The notes: generated by a model not told the origin, from the letters alone. A DNA stretch of 64,000 nucleotides from Phycisphaerae bacterium (GCA_963675745.2 CAXXWX010000015.1:64001-128000), one strand, 5' to 3'; shown: positions 30,525 to 43,774, counted from the first letter of the stretch. Numbers and translations are program-made.

Positions 30525-31832
30525 ATGCCGGAGTCGACGTATGCGCCAGCGGGTTTTTGTCCGGCTTGCGGCTATCGCATTGACCCGGGCCGTTGCCCGG
30601 AGTGCGGGCGGCATGTCACGCGCCCCTGGCGTATCGAGCCGCGAGTCTACCGCTGGCGACGCCGGCTGGTGGTTCTGGCGGTTCTCGCCGGCGCCATCAC
30701 AGCGGCCTGGTGGTACGGCCCGGGATTGGCGGTTCGTCATACGCCGTCTCGGGTTCTTGTCTGGGTTTGGGAGTTGGATTGGATTGGTGCGGATTGGGCG
30801 GAGGGTGTGCTCCAAGGACGATTGTCCGCGGCTTATGCCGCGGTCGGCGCCGCAGGGAAACCGATCCGCGAGGAGTTCTCCGCCAAGGTTGGGGAGTTGC
30901 GCGATCACGATTGGGCCGGTACGTACGCGCAGGTGATGATCTGGACGTTGGGTGTTCGCTGCTTGTCGTTGACCGAGGCGGACGCCTTGTGGTTCGAAAC
31001 GGGCAAACTGCGGCCCGGCCCAGTCATGCGCGGCTGCGTGGTCGGGTTCGATGGCGTGACGCTACGTCTTGCTCTCCCGACCGATCGCCATGTGCTTCGA
31101 TGGGGAGACCTCGATTCAGAGTTGGTGCTGGTCCGCTGGGGCGATCGGCGTTATCTGGTGGCATCCGAGGAACTGATTGACTTCTGCAACGACATCAACG
31201 GGGGCGAGCCGCTCCACGAACTGCACTTGGTTCGGGGCCTCGGCGACAGGGCCACGCCGGTCGAATGGTGCCGACGCCCCCCCGCCGACCAGCAGCCCGT
31301 CTTGCCAACACCGTTTCAGCGTTTCATTCTTCGCGATCCCATTCATGCCAGGATAACGGACTGCGGCGTTGGCGACTTGCCAGCGCGCCGATCGGTCGTG
31401 CACCTAGAGCAGACTGCACAATCGCTCGGACTGAACGTGCATGCGTATAAAGTTCAGCTAGAGGTAGAGCACAGCGCTGAGTCGTTCGTGGGAATGCGTT
31501 TATATGCCCCGGACAGGTACGGCTTGGCTCAGGTGAAGTCCGTACGCGGGAAGACTCTCAAAGCGACCTATCTCGGGCTCTCGCCGGCCGGAGCTCAAAA
31601 GCCGTTGCAGCCCGGCCTCGTCCTATCGACGCTCGCGCCGCCTCCGGTTCCTTTGGCCTCGGAACTCGACAAAGAGCGTGCCACGATGCGTTATTGGTTT
31701 TACGGGTACTCGGAGCTGGCGACCGACAACGACCCCGCAAGCCCGGCGCACATCGCGGAGCTTCGAATCGGTATGGCCCGGCAGGACTGGCTGCTACTCG
31801 AACTGTCTCGCGAACTCCGGCGACTAGACTGA
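30525..31832 (+). CDS. Hypothetical membrane-anchored protein with N-terminal zinc ribbon
   Basis: CPACGYRIDPGRCPECG, one TM segment, large unknown domain. Confidence 0.65.
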   Translation: MPESTYAPAGFCPACGYRIDPGRCPECGRHVTRPWRIEPRVYRWRRRLVVLAVLAGAITAAWWYGPGLAVRHTPSRVLVWVWELDWIGADWAEGVLQGRLSAAYAAVGAAGKPIREEFSAKVGELRDHDWAGTYAQVMIWTLGVRCLSLTEADALWFETGKLRPGPVMRGCVVGFDGVTLRLALPTDRHVLRWGDLDSELVLVRWGDRRYLVASEELIDFCNDINGGEPLHELHLVRGLGDRATPVEWCRRPPADQQPVLPTPFQRFILRDPIHARITDCGVGDLPARRSVVHLEQTAQSLGLNVHAYKVQLEVEHSAESFVGMRLYAPDRYGLAQVKSVRGKTLKATYLGLSPAGAQKPLQPGLVLSTLAPPPVPLASELDKERATMRYWFYGYSELATDNDPASPAHIAELRIGMARQDWLLLELSRELRRLD

Positions 31833-31963
31833 CGTCATCCCCGGAGCTGACAATACGTCGCAGCACGTACCGACCGCGCGTTTCTGACTTCTTACTTCTG
31901 GCTTCCAACTTCTCCGCCCCGGCAGCGTACTGGCACAGGGTTACCGAAGCCCCCTGAGAGCGC

Positions 31964-31998
31964 AAAAAAAGAGCCCTGCCGCGCGGGCAACAGGGCTC
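31964..31998 (-). terminator. Intrinsic terminator after rpsI
   Basis: Minus strand GAGCCCTG...CAGGGCTC followed by T7. Confidence 0.85.
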
Positions 31999-32026
31999 GA
32001 CCGATCTTCGGATCCCGATCGGAGGA

Positions 32027-32566
32027 TTAACGCTTCGAGAACTGGAAGCGCCGGCGTGCCTTGCGGCGGCCGTACTTTTTGCGTTCAACGCGTCGTGCAT
32101 CACGCGTGAGAAAACCAGCGTCGCGCAGCGTCGGCTCAATGCGCTTGTCGGCGGCCAGCAGGGCTCGGGCCATGCCCAGCAGCACCGCGCCGCTTTGTCC
32201 CGTTGGTCCCCCGCCCTTCACGTTTACATGCACGCTGTACTTTCCGAGCGCGCCCACCGCCTCCAGCGGCGCCGTGACGGCGTTGCGGTCGACATCTTCG
32301 GTGAAGTACGCCTTGACTTCGCGCTTGTTGATCAGAATCTTGCCGTCGCCCGGCATGATGCGGACGCGCGCGACGGCGGTCTTACGCCGTCCGGTGCCCC
32401 AGAACATACCCTGGCTCGGGACGGTGTGCGTCTGCACCTCCGCCTCGGTGACAGTGGCGTCCTGTTCGGCCTCGGGTGTCGCCGCGGCCGGCTCAGCGTC
32501 AGCCTGCGGCTTCTCCGCCGGCGTTCCCGCGTTCGTGGTTTCGGGAGTGTTTTCCGCTTCCGTCAC
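32027..32566 (-). CDS. rpsI: 30S ribosomal protein S9 (acidic N-terminal extension)
   Basis: GTGRRKTAVARV, GFLTRDARRVERKKYG, FQFSKR. Confidence 0.97.
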   Translation of the reverse strand: MTEAENTPETTNAGTPAEKPQADAEPAAATPEAEQDATVTEAEVQTHTVPSQGMFWGTGRRKTAVARVRIMPGDGKILINKREVKAYFTEDVDRNAVTAPLEAVGALGKYSVHVNVKGGGPTGQSGAVLLGMARALLAADKRIEPTLRDAGFLTRDARRVERKKYGRRKARRRFQFSKR

Positions 32567-32597
32567 AATACCGATCCTCGATCAATAACCTGTTGAG

Positions 32598-33041
32598 CTA
32601 CAGCGGCAGCGGCTCCGGCTGCTGGGCCTGGTGGTCATGCTGATCGCCCGTGTAGAGCTTGAGCTTGTTCAACATCTTGCGCGCCAGGGGATTCTTGGGC
32701 AGCATGCGCCGCACCGCCTCGCGCAAGACGCGTTCGGGGTGGCGCTCCAGCATGGTCTTCATCGTGACGACCTGGCGCCCGCTCGGATACCCGCTGAAGC
32801 TCTGGTAAACCGTCTGCTCGGGCTTGCGCGTGCCCGTTACCTTGACGTTGCCGGCGTTCAGCACGATGACAAAATCGCCGGTATCAACGTGGCGCGTGTA
32901 GGTCGGCTTGTGCTTACCCATCAGCACGGTGGCGATGCGAACTGCCAGACGACCGAGCACCTGGTCGGTTGCATCGACCACGTACCACTTCTGCTCAACG
33001 TCGCCGGCCTTGGCCAGAAAACACTTATTCGCGGTTCGCAT
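32598..33041 (-). CDS. rplM: 50S ribosomal protein L13
   Basis: WYVVDATDQVLGRLA, GKHKPTY..HVDTGDFV, RRMLPK. Confidence 0.97.
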   Translation of the reverse strand: MRTANKCFLAKAGDVEQKWYVVDATDQVLGRLAVRIATVLMGKHKPTYTRHVDTGDFVIVLNAGNVKVTGTRKPEQTVYQSFSGYPSGRQVVTMKTMLERHPERVLREAVRRMLPKNPLARKMLNKLKLYTGDQHDHQAQQPEPLPL

Positions 33042-33246
33042 AGTGCCTACACCTGTCAACCTGGTTGGGTCCGGCCCCGACAAAGGACCGAGACCTGCCA
33101 GTTTAAGCCCCCCAGACAACATGTCAACCGCGCGGGGGAATAACTGCGCGCAGGATTCGAGCAATCGGTGCGAGAACGGGCCGGCATAGCCGGTGGCGAC
33201 AGGCGGCGTCCCGGACACCGGACACCCGCACCGCCCCCCCCGCCGA

Positions 33247-33271
33247 CGGCCTGCGAGGCGCAGGCCGCTAC
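33247..33271 (-). repeat. GTAG-type REP (family A)
   Basis: Reverse complement reads GTAGCGGCCTGCGCCTCGCAGGCCG. Confidence 0.8.
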
Positions 33272-33379
33272 ATCAGAGCCGCTGCATTAGAGTCCTCGGG
33301 CAGCGGGGCAGTGAAACCGAAAGTGCGCTCGTCGGTGCGGCTTAACGCTTTTGTTTACAGCCAGTTACGTCGTCACGCC

Positions 33380-34537
33380 TTACGCCCGCTCGACGATGCG
33401 GTCGATCAGGAAGCTGGACTTCTCCATCGCCTCGGTGGTGAACTCCCCAAAGTAGTCATGGACTTCGCGGAACATGCGCGAAAAGGCCGTCCTGTCGGCG
33501 TCGCTGACCGTCTCCTGAAGTCGACGGGCCGCATCGACAAACGCCGCAATCACCTTGCCCCCGACCGGATTGCCCATCTGGATGCCGGCATACAGATCGC
33601 TGGATTGCCCGAAGTGCCGGGCCGCCATCAGCAGCTCAATCAGATAGATGGGCGACGTGAACTCGAGCGTCTGCTGAAGCGGGACGCGCAGATCTGCCAG
33701 TGCCCGGCCCATGACCTCGGTCGCGAAGTGCGTCAGCACCTGCACGATCGCCATCGTCTCGTCGTGCGTCTCGGGAGTCGTCTCGACTATGTTCAGCCCC
33801 CGCGCGTGCAGCATCCTGTACACCCAGTCAAACCACTCATCGCCACGGCCGCGCGTCATCACCACGCGCTGGCCCTGAAGCGAGTGTACCGAGGGCCCGA
33901 ACAACGGATGCGTGCCCACAACCGCGGCCGCCGTCGAGTCGAGCATCGCGTGAACCGGCCCTGTCTTCACCGACGTTACGTCCATGATCAAGCCGTCCGT
34001 GCGCACCAGCGGCCCGAGTTCGCGTATCACGTCTTCGGTGCAGTCTATTGGTACGCTGATCAGCACGACGTCGGCGACGCGCGCGGCTTCCGCCGGCGTG
34101 AGCTGTGTGTCCAGATCGGCGATCAGCACCGCGTGACCCAGCTCGCCGAACATCTGGGCCATGCACGAGCCCATGCCTCCCTTGCCGCCGATGATTGCCA
34201 CCGTGCGCTGCTCGATGTCGGGTGGCACTTCGGCCTTCAAGGCCGCCTGGCGATCGCGGCTGGCCCACAGCACGAGGCGATAGATGCTCTCTATCACCTC
34301 TGGAGAGAGCCCAAGCTGGGCCGCGTGATCGCGCCGATCTGCAATCAGCTCGCGCTCGCGCGTAAAGTCACGAATGGCACGGCCTTCGCTGCGCTTGACC
34401 TGGGCGATTTCGCCGACCAGGCCGTTTCTCCGTTCGAGCAATTGGAGAATCTCGTGATCAACCGCGTCGACTATCGCCCGCAAAACCGGCAATGGCCGGT
34501 CCGATCCAGAGCCGTGAGATGACTGATTTGCATGCAT
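33380..34537 (-). CDS. tyrA: Bifunctional chorismate mutase / prephenate dehydrogenase
   Basis: LRAIVDAVDHEILQLL..R (AroQ-type CM), IIGGKGGMG, DVTSVK, THPLFGP, HDETMA. Confidence 0.92.
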   Translation of the reverse strand: MHANQSSHGSGSDRPLPVLRAIVDAVDHEILQLLERRNGLVGEIAQVKRSEGRAIRDFTRERELIADRRDHAAQLGLSPEVIESIYRLVLWASRDRQAALKAEVPPDIEQRTVAIIGGKGGMGSCMAQMFGELGHAVLIADLDTQLTPAEAARVADVVLISVPIDCTEDVIRELGPLVRTDGLIMDVTSVKTGPVHAMLDSTAAAVVGTHPLFGPSVHSLQGQRVVMTRGRGDEWFDWVYRMLHARGLNIVETTPETHDETMAIVQVLTHFATEVMGRALADLRVPLQQTLEFTSPIYLIELLMAARHFGQSSDLYAGIQMGNPVGGKVIAAFVDAARRLQETVSDADRTAFSRMFREVHDYFGEFTTEAMEKSSFLIDRIVERA

Positions 34538-34590
34538 TGGCGCGTTCCTGTCCATGGCCGGTGGGCGCAACCGGCCGGTGTGGCAGCCCA

Positions 34591-34657
34591 ATAGCTGCCT
34601 GCGCTGCCGACGTAGCGGCCTGCGCCGTCGACGTAGCGGCCTGCGCCTCGCAGGCCG
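34591..34657 (+). repeat. Family A REP with two upstream partial copies (21-bp period)
   Basis: Full copy 34633-34657; partial GTAGCGGCCTGCGCC at 34612; degenerate ATAGCTGCCTGCGC at 34591. Confidence 0.8.
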
Positions 34658-34831
34658 TCGGTGCGAAACAACGCCTCCATTGTCCCACGGCCGGCGCGGC
34701 GCCGGCCGCGACACGCTTGGTCAGCACGTGTGGCGCTCTGACGTTCTGTGCCAAGCTAGTCGAGCCGGCATGTTGTTTCAACCGCGTTGCAGGCTAGGAT
34801 GTTCACAATCGGGTCTCTGGAGGTACGCCGC

Positions 34832-35989
34832 ATGGCCATGCTTGCATATCACACCGCCGGCGAGTCGCACGGGCGCGCCTTGATCGCACTGGTTGAGGGG
34901 CTGCCTGGCGGCGTGCGCATCGACGAAGACTTGATCAACGCGGAGCTGAAGCGCCGACAAGGCGGGTATGGTCGCGGCGGTCGCATGCAAATCGAGAGCG
35001 ATCGTGTCACGGTGCTCAGCGGGATTCGCGCCGGGATGACGATAGGGTCGCCGATCGCAATGCAGATCGCGAATCGGGATTTTCGCATTGACGAGGCCCC
35101 TCCCGTCACGCGCCCACGGCCCGGACACGCGGACCTCGCGGGAAGTCTGAAACATCTCACCACCGATTGTCGGGAAACGCTGGAGCGTGCCTCGGCGCGC
35201 GAGACCGCGGCGCGCGTGGCGGCGGGTGCGCTGGTCCGCTGTCTGCTGGCGGAATTCGGCGTGCGCTGTGTCGGATATGTCGCCGAGGTCGGCAGCGCGC
35301 GCGCGGATGTGCCCGATGATGTTGCCCCCGATGTGCTGGTCGCTGCGCGCGACGCCAATGACATCTACACGCCCGACGAATCCGCCGTCGCCGCCATGAC
35401 CGACGTGATCCGCGCGGCCAAGCGGAACAAGGACACGGCCGGCGGCATCGTCGAGGTGCGCGTGTTCGGCCTGCCGATCGGATTGGGGAGCTGTCACCGC
35501 TGGCAGGATCGGCTGGACGGCCGTCTTATGCGTGCCATCGGCTCGATTCAGGCGTTCAAAGGTGCGGAGATCGGCCTGGGCTTTGATGCCGCCCGGCTTC
35601 CGGGCTCGCGCGTACACGATGCGATTTACTACGATGCCAACCAACGCCAGACGCCCAACTTCGGCTTTGTACGCAAGACGAATCGCGCCGGCGGGCTTGA
35701 GGGTGGAATGACCAACGGCATGCCCCTGGTGGTGCGCGGCGCGATGAAGCCCATCTCCACGCTGCTGCAAGGCCTGGAGAGCGTGGACTTGCAGACGCTC
35801 AAGCCGCAGCGTAGCGATTACGAGCGCAGCGATGTCTGTGCCGTCTCCGCCGCCAGCGTGGTTGCCGAAAACGCCGTCGCTTTTGAGGTGGCCCGCGCCT
35901 GGCTCGAGAAGTTCGGCGGCGACACGCTGGACGAGGTCAAGGCGGCATATGCGCACTACGGCGCGCAGGTGCGTGCGCTGGCGGATTGA
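34832..35989 (+). CDS. aroC: Chorismate synthase
   Basis: TAGESHG, RPRPGHAD, ERASARETA, GGLEGGMTNG, MKPISTL, ERSDVC. Confidence 0.97.
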   Translation: MAMLAYHTAGESHGRALIALVEGLPGGVRIDEDLINAELKRRQGGYGRGGRMQIESDRVTVLSGIRAGMTIGSPIAMQIANRDFRIDEAPPVTRPRPGHADLAGSLKHLTTDCRETLERASARETAARVAAGALVRCLLAEFGVRCVGYVAEVGSARADVPDDVAPDVLVAARDANDIYTPDESAVAAMTDVIRAAKRNKDTAGGIVEVRVFGLPIGLGSCHRWQDRLDGRLMRAIGSIQAFKGAEIGLGFDAARLPGSRVHDAIYYDANQRQTPNFGFVRKTNRAGGLEGGMTNGMPLVVRGAMKPISTLLQGLESVDLQTLKPQRSDYERSDVCAVSAASVVAENAVAFEVARAWLEKFGGDTLDEVKAAYAHYGAQVRALAD

Positions 35990-36067
35990 TCAGCGGCGCC
36001 GGCGCACACCCGTCCAAGTCGTATAATGTCCCGGTGCTCTCGCATTCCGTGGTGACGGAGAACAGCT

Positions 36068-36541
36068 ATGCCAATCCGACCCAAGCGGATCCTGTGGCCG
36101 ACGGATTTCTCCGAGCTGTCGCTGCACGGCGGACGTTATGCCCGTGAGCTGCGCAAGCTGTTCAACTCGGAATTGCACATCATCCACGTACTGGCGGCGC
36201 CGATGTCGGCCGAGATCGCCGTCACCTTGCCCGCCGAGGTGCCGGTCACGCTGCCCGAGCCGGAGTTGATTGAGGCGGCCAAGGCCGGGCTCAGGCGCCT
36301 GATTGCGGATCATTTTGACGGCGATTCAACGATCAAATCCGACGCGTTTTTCGGCGGGGCTTCGACCAGCGTGGCCGAATATGCGAAACGCGAGAACATC
36401 GACCTGATCGTCGTGTCGACCCACGGCCGTACCGGTTTACAGCATGTGCTCATCGGCAGTACGGCTGAGCAGATCGTGCGCTACGCCCCCTGTCCCGTGC
36501 TGACAGTCAAGAACCCGGCGACTGATTTCCTCGAGGACTGA
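36068..36541 (+). CDS. Universal stress protein
   Basis: ILWPTDFS, DLIVVSTHGRTG..IGSTAEQIVRYAPCPVL. Confidence 0.95.
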   Translation: MPIRPKRILWPTDFSELSLHGGRYARELRKLFNSELHIIHVLAAPMSAEIAVTLPAEVPVTLPEPELIEAAKAGLRRLIADHFDGDSTIKSDAFFGGASTSVAEYAKRENIDLIVVSTHGRTGLQHVLIGSTAEQIVRYAPCPVLTVKNPATDFLED

Positions 36542-36574
36542 CATCCGCGCTCGGTACCGCCGCCACGGGGCTCA

Positions 36575-39067
36575 ATGGTGTTCGGCTCTTTTGTGCTCAA
36601 CCAACCAGGCCTGCTTGCGACTGGCTGCGTGATTGTTGCCGCCGTCGGCGCATATACAAAACACAGGCGCGCCGCGATCCGCGCGGAGGCGAGCCGTCCA
36701 CACTGGTCAGCCGCGCTGTGCGCGTTGCCCGCGGCGATTATCATCGCCGCGCTGGCGGCTTTTCTGGTCAGCGCCGGCACTCAGACCGCGCATGCGCTGC
36801 TGCTCGCGCTGACGGTGGTTGTCGTGCTGCGCTTCGTCACCCAGGCGTACGCGCTCAGCGGCGGCGTCATCAAGGACCGCGCCGCCTGGTTGCTCGTAAC
36901 GACGCGAACGGCGGCGTGGCTCATCGTGATCATCTTTGTCGCACGGCCGGGCTGCGCATTTCGGGACGTCGAGTGGTCAGTACCGCTGCTGGTTGTGCTG
37001 CTCGATCAATCAGAGTCGATGTCGGTCAACGACGTTACTGACCCGACCGGACCACCTCTGACCCGGGCGGAGGCCGCCAACCGGGCGCTCGACGCGTCAC
37101 GCCGACAGATCGACAAGTTATCCGAGCGGTACGAGCTGCGTCTGGCGGGCATCGCTGACGTGTCGCAGCCGCTTGACCGCTGGCATGTTGATCCGCGGGC
37201 ACCCCTGACGTCGTTGGGTAACGCCCTGCGCGACGCCGGGCAGTTGCGTTCGCGTGATCAATTGGCCCCCGCTGCCGTGCTCGTGCTCAGCGACGGAGCG
37301 GACACCGTCGGGTCGCCCGAGAGCATGCACGCGGCGGCCGAACATCTGGCCGCTCAGGGCACGGGCATATTGGCGGTGGGTGTCGGCCCGGAAGATGGCG
37401 TGTCTCCGACGGTCGTGATGCGCCCGCTGCTGGTGCCGACACGTCTGGCCGCCCGCGACAGACTCCGCGTGACCGTTGAGGCCCAGGTCTCGGCTTGCGC
37501 CGAGAGTGACGCGGCCATCGTGCTGCGCTGGAACGACGAAGTCGCCGCGGAAGAGCGCGTACGGGTCGAGACGGCTGAATCCACCGTGCGCAGCGCGCAC
37601 ACAATCTGGCCGCCCGGACCGGGCGGCCACCGATTGACCGCGGCGGTGACACTCCCCGAATCCTGCGGCGGCCACACAGCCGAGACGTCGGCGGTGATCG
37701 AGGTCGCCGACAGTGAACTGCAAGTGCTGCTGCTCGACGGCCGGCCGCGCTCGGAGTTTTCATTCCTGGGGCGCGCCCTGGCAGGTATGCCCGGCACGAC
37801 GCTGCATCGCATGTTGACCGACACCGCCCGGCTCGGCGACACGCCCGGCGAAATCCCCTGGCCGGAGTACGACGTTGTCCTGCTGGGACAGGTGTCTCGC
37901 GCGGCGCTTTCCGATGAAGTGCTGCAACGGTTGTCCGACAGTGTCAGTCAGCACGGCACCGGTGTTCTGCTGGCCGGCGGTCAGCGCATGTTCAATGAGG
38001 GGCTGTTCACGGGCACCGCGCTGGCGGACCTGGCCCCCATCGGGTTTACCAGGATGGTGGTTGACGCCGCATATCGCCCGCGCTTCTCACCGACACCGCG
38101 CGGCCTGGCCCACCCGATTTTCGCCGGCGCAAACGACCTCGCGCAGTCGGCGGGCTATGCCGGCGCAAAGGAGATGTGGGCCGACTTGCCGCCGCTGGGT
38201 GGTACGGCGTTTCTCCGTAACGCGAAGCCGCTGGCGGAGGTGCTGGCCACGGCCAATGATCGCAGTCCCGTACTCGTGGCACAGGAGTTCGGGCGCGGCC
38301 GCTGCATCGTGGCCGGCTGGGAGAGCACGTGGAGTTGGGCATTGGCGTCGGACAACGGGGCGAAACTGCATCGCCTGTTCTGGCGGCAGCTCGTATCCTG
38401 GCTGGCCAACCGACGCCCGCGGCCGTGGGTGATTACCGATCGTGAGTGGTATGCGCGCAGCGCGCTGGATGCTGGCCAGCGAATCCAGATCCGCGCCGGT
38501 ATTGCGAGGTCGCCGGCCGAGGGACCACAGGATGCCGAGCCTGATTGGCAGCCGGAGTTGCACTTGCGGACACTCACCGGCACCGACGACAACGCGACCG
38601 CCGTCGATGTGCCGCTCAAGCGACAGCACGGCGAGTGGGTCGGCGAACTGGGCAGCCGTGACTTACCGGCGTCTTCGAATGACGCCGGTGCGTACGAGCT
38701 GGTATTTCGAGTTGGAGCGGCGGGTGATGATCCGGCAACCTCGCAGCCGACATTGGCCGGCCCGCATGACACGGCCCGTGCCCGATTCTCCGTGCGTAAG
38801 CTGAATCTGGAGCTCACCCCGCCAACCGCGAACCTGGCCGCCTTGCGCGAAACCGCTCGGCTGACAGCCGCCCACGGCGGAACCTACATCCCGGTCAGCC
38901 GCTTGCCGGGGTTGCTCGCGGAACTGGCTGAACATGATGCCCGCACGCCGCGCGAGGTCATAACGCGCCTGGAGCCGACCACCGATCACCCGTGGTTACT
39001 GCTGATCGCGCTGGCGCTGGCACTTGGCGGCGAATGGGGTACGCGCAAACGCTGCGGACTGGCCTAG
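36575..39067 (+). CDS. Membrane protein with vWA and GATase1-like (DUF1355-like) domains
   Basis: TM segments, LDQSESM (MIDAS), LSDG, GVLLAGG, FGRGR...FWRQLVSWL, C-terminal EWGTRK. Confidence 0.75.
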   Translation: MVFGSFVLNQPGLLATGCVIVAAVGAYTKHRRAAIRAEASRPHWSAALCALPAAIIIAALAAFLVSAGTQTAHALLLALTVVVVLRFVTQAYALSGGVIKDRAAWLLVTTRTAAWLIVIIFVARPGCAFRDVEWSVPLLVVLLDQSESMSVNDVTDPTGPPLTRAEAANRALDASRRQIDKLSERYELRLAGIADVSQPLDRWHVDPRAPLTSLGNALRDAGQLRSRDQLAPAAVLVLSDGADTVGSPESMHAAAEHLAAQGTGILAVGVGPEDGVSPTVVMRPLLVPTRLAARDRLRVTVEAQVSACAESDAAIVLRWNDEVAAEERVRVETAESTVRSAHTIWPPGPGGHRLTAAVTLPESCGGHTAETSAVIEVADSELQVLLLDGRPRSEFSFLGRALAGMPGTTLHRMLTDTARLGDTPGEIPWPEYDVVLLGQVSRAALSDEVLQRLSDSVSQHGTGVLLAGGQRMFNEGLFTGTALADLAPIGFTRMVVDAAYRPRFSPTPRGLAHPIFAGANDLAQSAGYAGAKEMWADLPPLGGTAFLRNAKPLAEVLATANDRSPVLVAQEFGRGRCIVAGWESTWSWALASDNGAKLHRLFWRQLVSWLANRRPRPWVITDREWYARSALDAGQRIQIRAGIARSPAEGPQDAEPDWQPELHLRTLTGTDDNATAVDVPLKRQHGEWVGELGSRDLPASSNDAGAYELVFRVGAAGDDPATSQPTLAGPHDTARARFSVRKLNLELTPPTANLAALRETARLTAAHGGTYIPVSRLPGLLAELAEHDARTPREVITRLEPTTDHPWLLLIALALALGGEWGTRKRCGLA

Positions 39068-39086
39068 GCGTGCAGACCCCGCCGCA

Positions 39087-40784
<1,698 letters not shown>

Positions 40785-41005
40785 TGCTGATGTCGCGGAT
40801 GAAGTCGCCGACGTGTCGGCGTATCAGTACCAGCCATTGCTGCGGCCCACTCTCATGTCTCGAGCCCAGTGCGTGGCGCCGGCGGTGCGGCCGGCGTCGA
40901 GTCGGCGACCTCCCATTGACTTTTCGGTCGCCCGCGTGGCCTCGCGCCGGCGCGCTTTGTCCACGGGTAACCCACGATAATAGTCGGTTGTTACGCCGCC
41001 CACAA

Positions 41006-41652
41006 TTACAGCGACTTGGCAGTAATCTCGTTGCTCTTGGCGTCGGTGACCAACTGCCCGAGCACCGTCTGGTTGTGTTCGCACCAGGCGCTGACCATGT
41101 GAATCGCCGACTGCGCGGCGACGTGATCGAAGCTGCCGCGGAGCGTCTTGCCGTCGATGGCGACCAGTCGGCCCAGCGGTTTGTCGGCCAGAGCATTCAT
41201 CCAGTTCAGGAAGCACTGTTCGAACTGGCGTGGATCGAGCCGGGCGAAAACCCGGCCGAAGGTATCGTGTGAGGGGATGCCGTGGGGCAGGTCGAGGAAC
41301 GTGCGGAACCACTTAAGCTTGGATTTGCCGAATAACTCGACCTGGGTCCAACCGTCGGCGCCGCAGATCACGGCGCAGATCGCAATGGTGAGAATGTCGT
41401 TGAGCGCGTGTCGTTTGGTTCGATCCACATCCTCGAGTTCGCGAAAGTGGCGCAGCAGGCCAGCGCGGGCTCCAACTTCCATGTTGCAGCTCCTTCCAAC
41501 AACGGGTTGACGTTGCTGGCGAGGCCTCGCCGTTCCTGTACACCGCCACCCTACCGTACACGCCCAACGAGCGCAACCCTAACAAATATAGAACAACGGA
41601 GCCCTCCCCCAAACCCCCACCTCAACCATCACAATTAGATGCAATCGCCCTG
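41006..41652 (-). mobile_element. Truncated ISAs1-family element (transposase pseudogene 41006-41482 plus left end)
   Basis: AICAVICGADGW, GIPSHDTFGRVF, AIDGKTLRGS, KSNEITA then premature stop; terminal CAGGGCGATTGCATCTA at 41652-41636. Confidence 0.88.
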
Positions 41653-41802
41653 CTTCTCGCCCAGCCGATTCCCGCGAACCGCCTTGCGAGCCGGGGACCA
41701 TACCGCGGGAAGCAGTCGCGCGGGTGGTTGAATTGTCGGCGGTTGCGAGTAGCCTGTTAGGCTCGCGATATGTGGTCCGCGGCTACGTGAGGATGACCGA
41801 GC

Positions 41803-42801
<999 letters not shown>

Positions 42802-43092
42802 GGTTATCGACTATAGCCCGTGAACCCGGACATGCGGGGATTGTGCGGCCGCTGGCCGCCGACTTGGCGCCGCTGGCAGTTGCACGCTCCGTCCTGTGGC
42901 GCTTGGCGTAATTTCATCGTTTTTTGTGGCCGCGCGTGTTGCCAGAGCACTAAGCGCGGCGGCCTGGGGTTGGTATACTTCCGCTCCGCGGTTTTGTGGG
43001 GCCGCGGGCCGACAGCGAGTCGGTTGGACAGGCCGGACTGGCCTGGCGGGCGCGCGCGGCGCGACGCCCTTGACGCACGAAGGAGTTGGTTA

Positions 43093-43320
43093 ATGGCTAA
43101 GTACAAGATCGAAGTTGACCGGGATCTCTGCATCGGTGACCAGGCGTGCTGCGCCGAAGCGCCCAACACGTTCGAGATGGATGATGAGAACATCGCCACC
43201 GTCACCAAGGCGGATGGCGATTCTGATGAGGAGATCCTCGCCGCAGCGCAGATTTGCCCGGTCGATGCGATCATCCTGACAGACGCCGAGACTGGCGAGC
43301 AGGTCTGGCCCGAGGCCTAG
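43093..43320 (+). CDS. Monocluster ferredoxin
   Basis: RBS AGGAG; VDRDLCIGDQACCAEAP...CPVDAI. Confidence 0.92.
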   Translation: MAKYKIEVDRDLCIGDQACCAEAPNTFEMDDENIATVTKADGDSDEEILAAAQICPVDAIILTDAETGEQVWPEA

Positions 43321-43371
43321 CCTGATCCGCTTTCTCAGTGGTGTCGAACGGAAGCAGACCGTAGAGACCTG

Positions 43372-43411
43372 CGGGCTTCAGCATGCGTCTGACTGCGCAT
43401 GCTGAAGCCCG
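43372..43411. other. Perfect 16-bp-stem hairpin (possible terminator) between convergent ferredoxin and tRNA genes
   Basis: CGGGCTTCAGCATGCG, 8-nt loop, CGCATGCTGAAGCCCG. Confidence 0.5.
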
Positions 43412-43638
43412 TCGCTCGTCTGAGCGGAATAGTGCGTGAGCGGCGCACCGCCTATGACGCCACTGTCGGGCGCGGCGCCCAGCGGGAAGGCCGCCGCTAT
43501 GACGGTCGCCGGGAGGTTTGCGCGCCCGGTTGCGCTCGCAGGTGATGTTGGCCGCGGGGGTAATCGCTCTTGACCGGACTTGATCGCCGATTAGGAACGG
43601 CAAGCGGCCTGCCGTTTGGGGGGGCTTCAAATAGACGA

Positions 43639-43712
<74 letters not shown>

Positions 43713-43774
43713 TCAACAACCAACCATTTCGACCGAAGCCGCGATCAGCGAGCGCGGGCTCGCGCTCGCGGCAC

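Noticed and set aside
43412..43630. Possible ncRNA (SRP/6S) downstream of the tRNAs
   Set aside because: Only short hairpins; no SRP, tmRNA, RNase P or 6S signature recognised.
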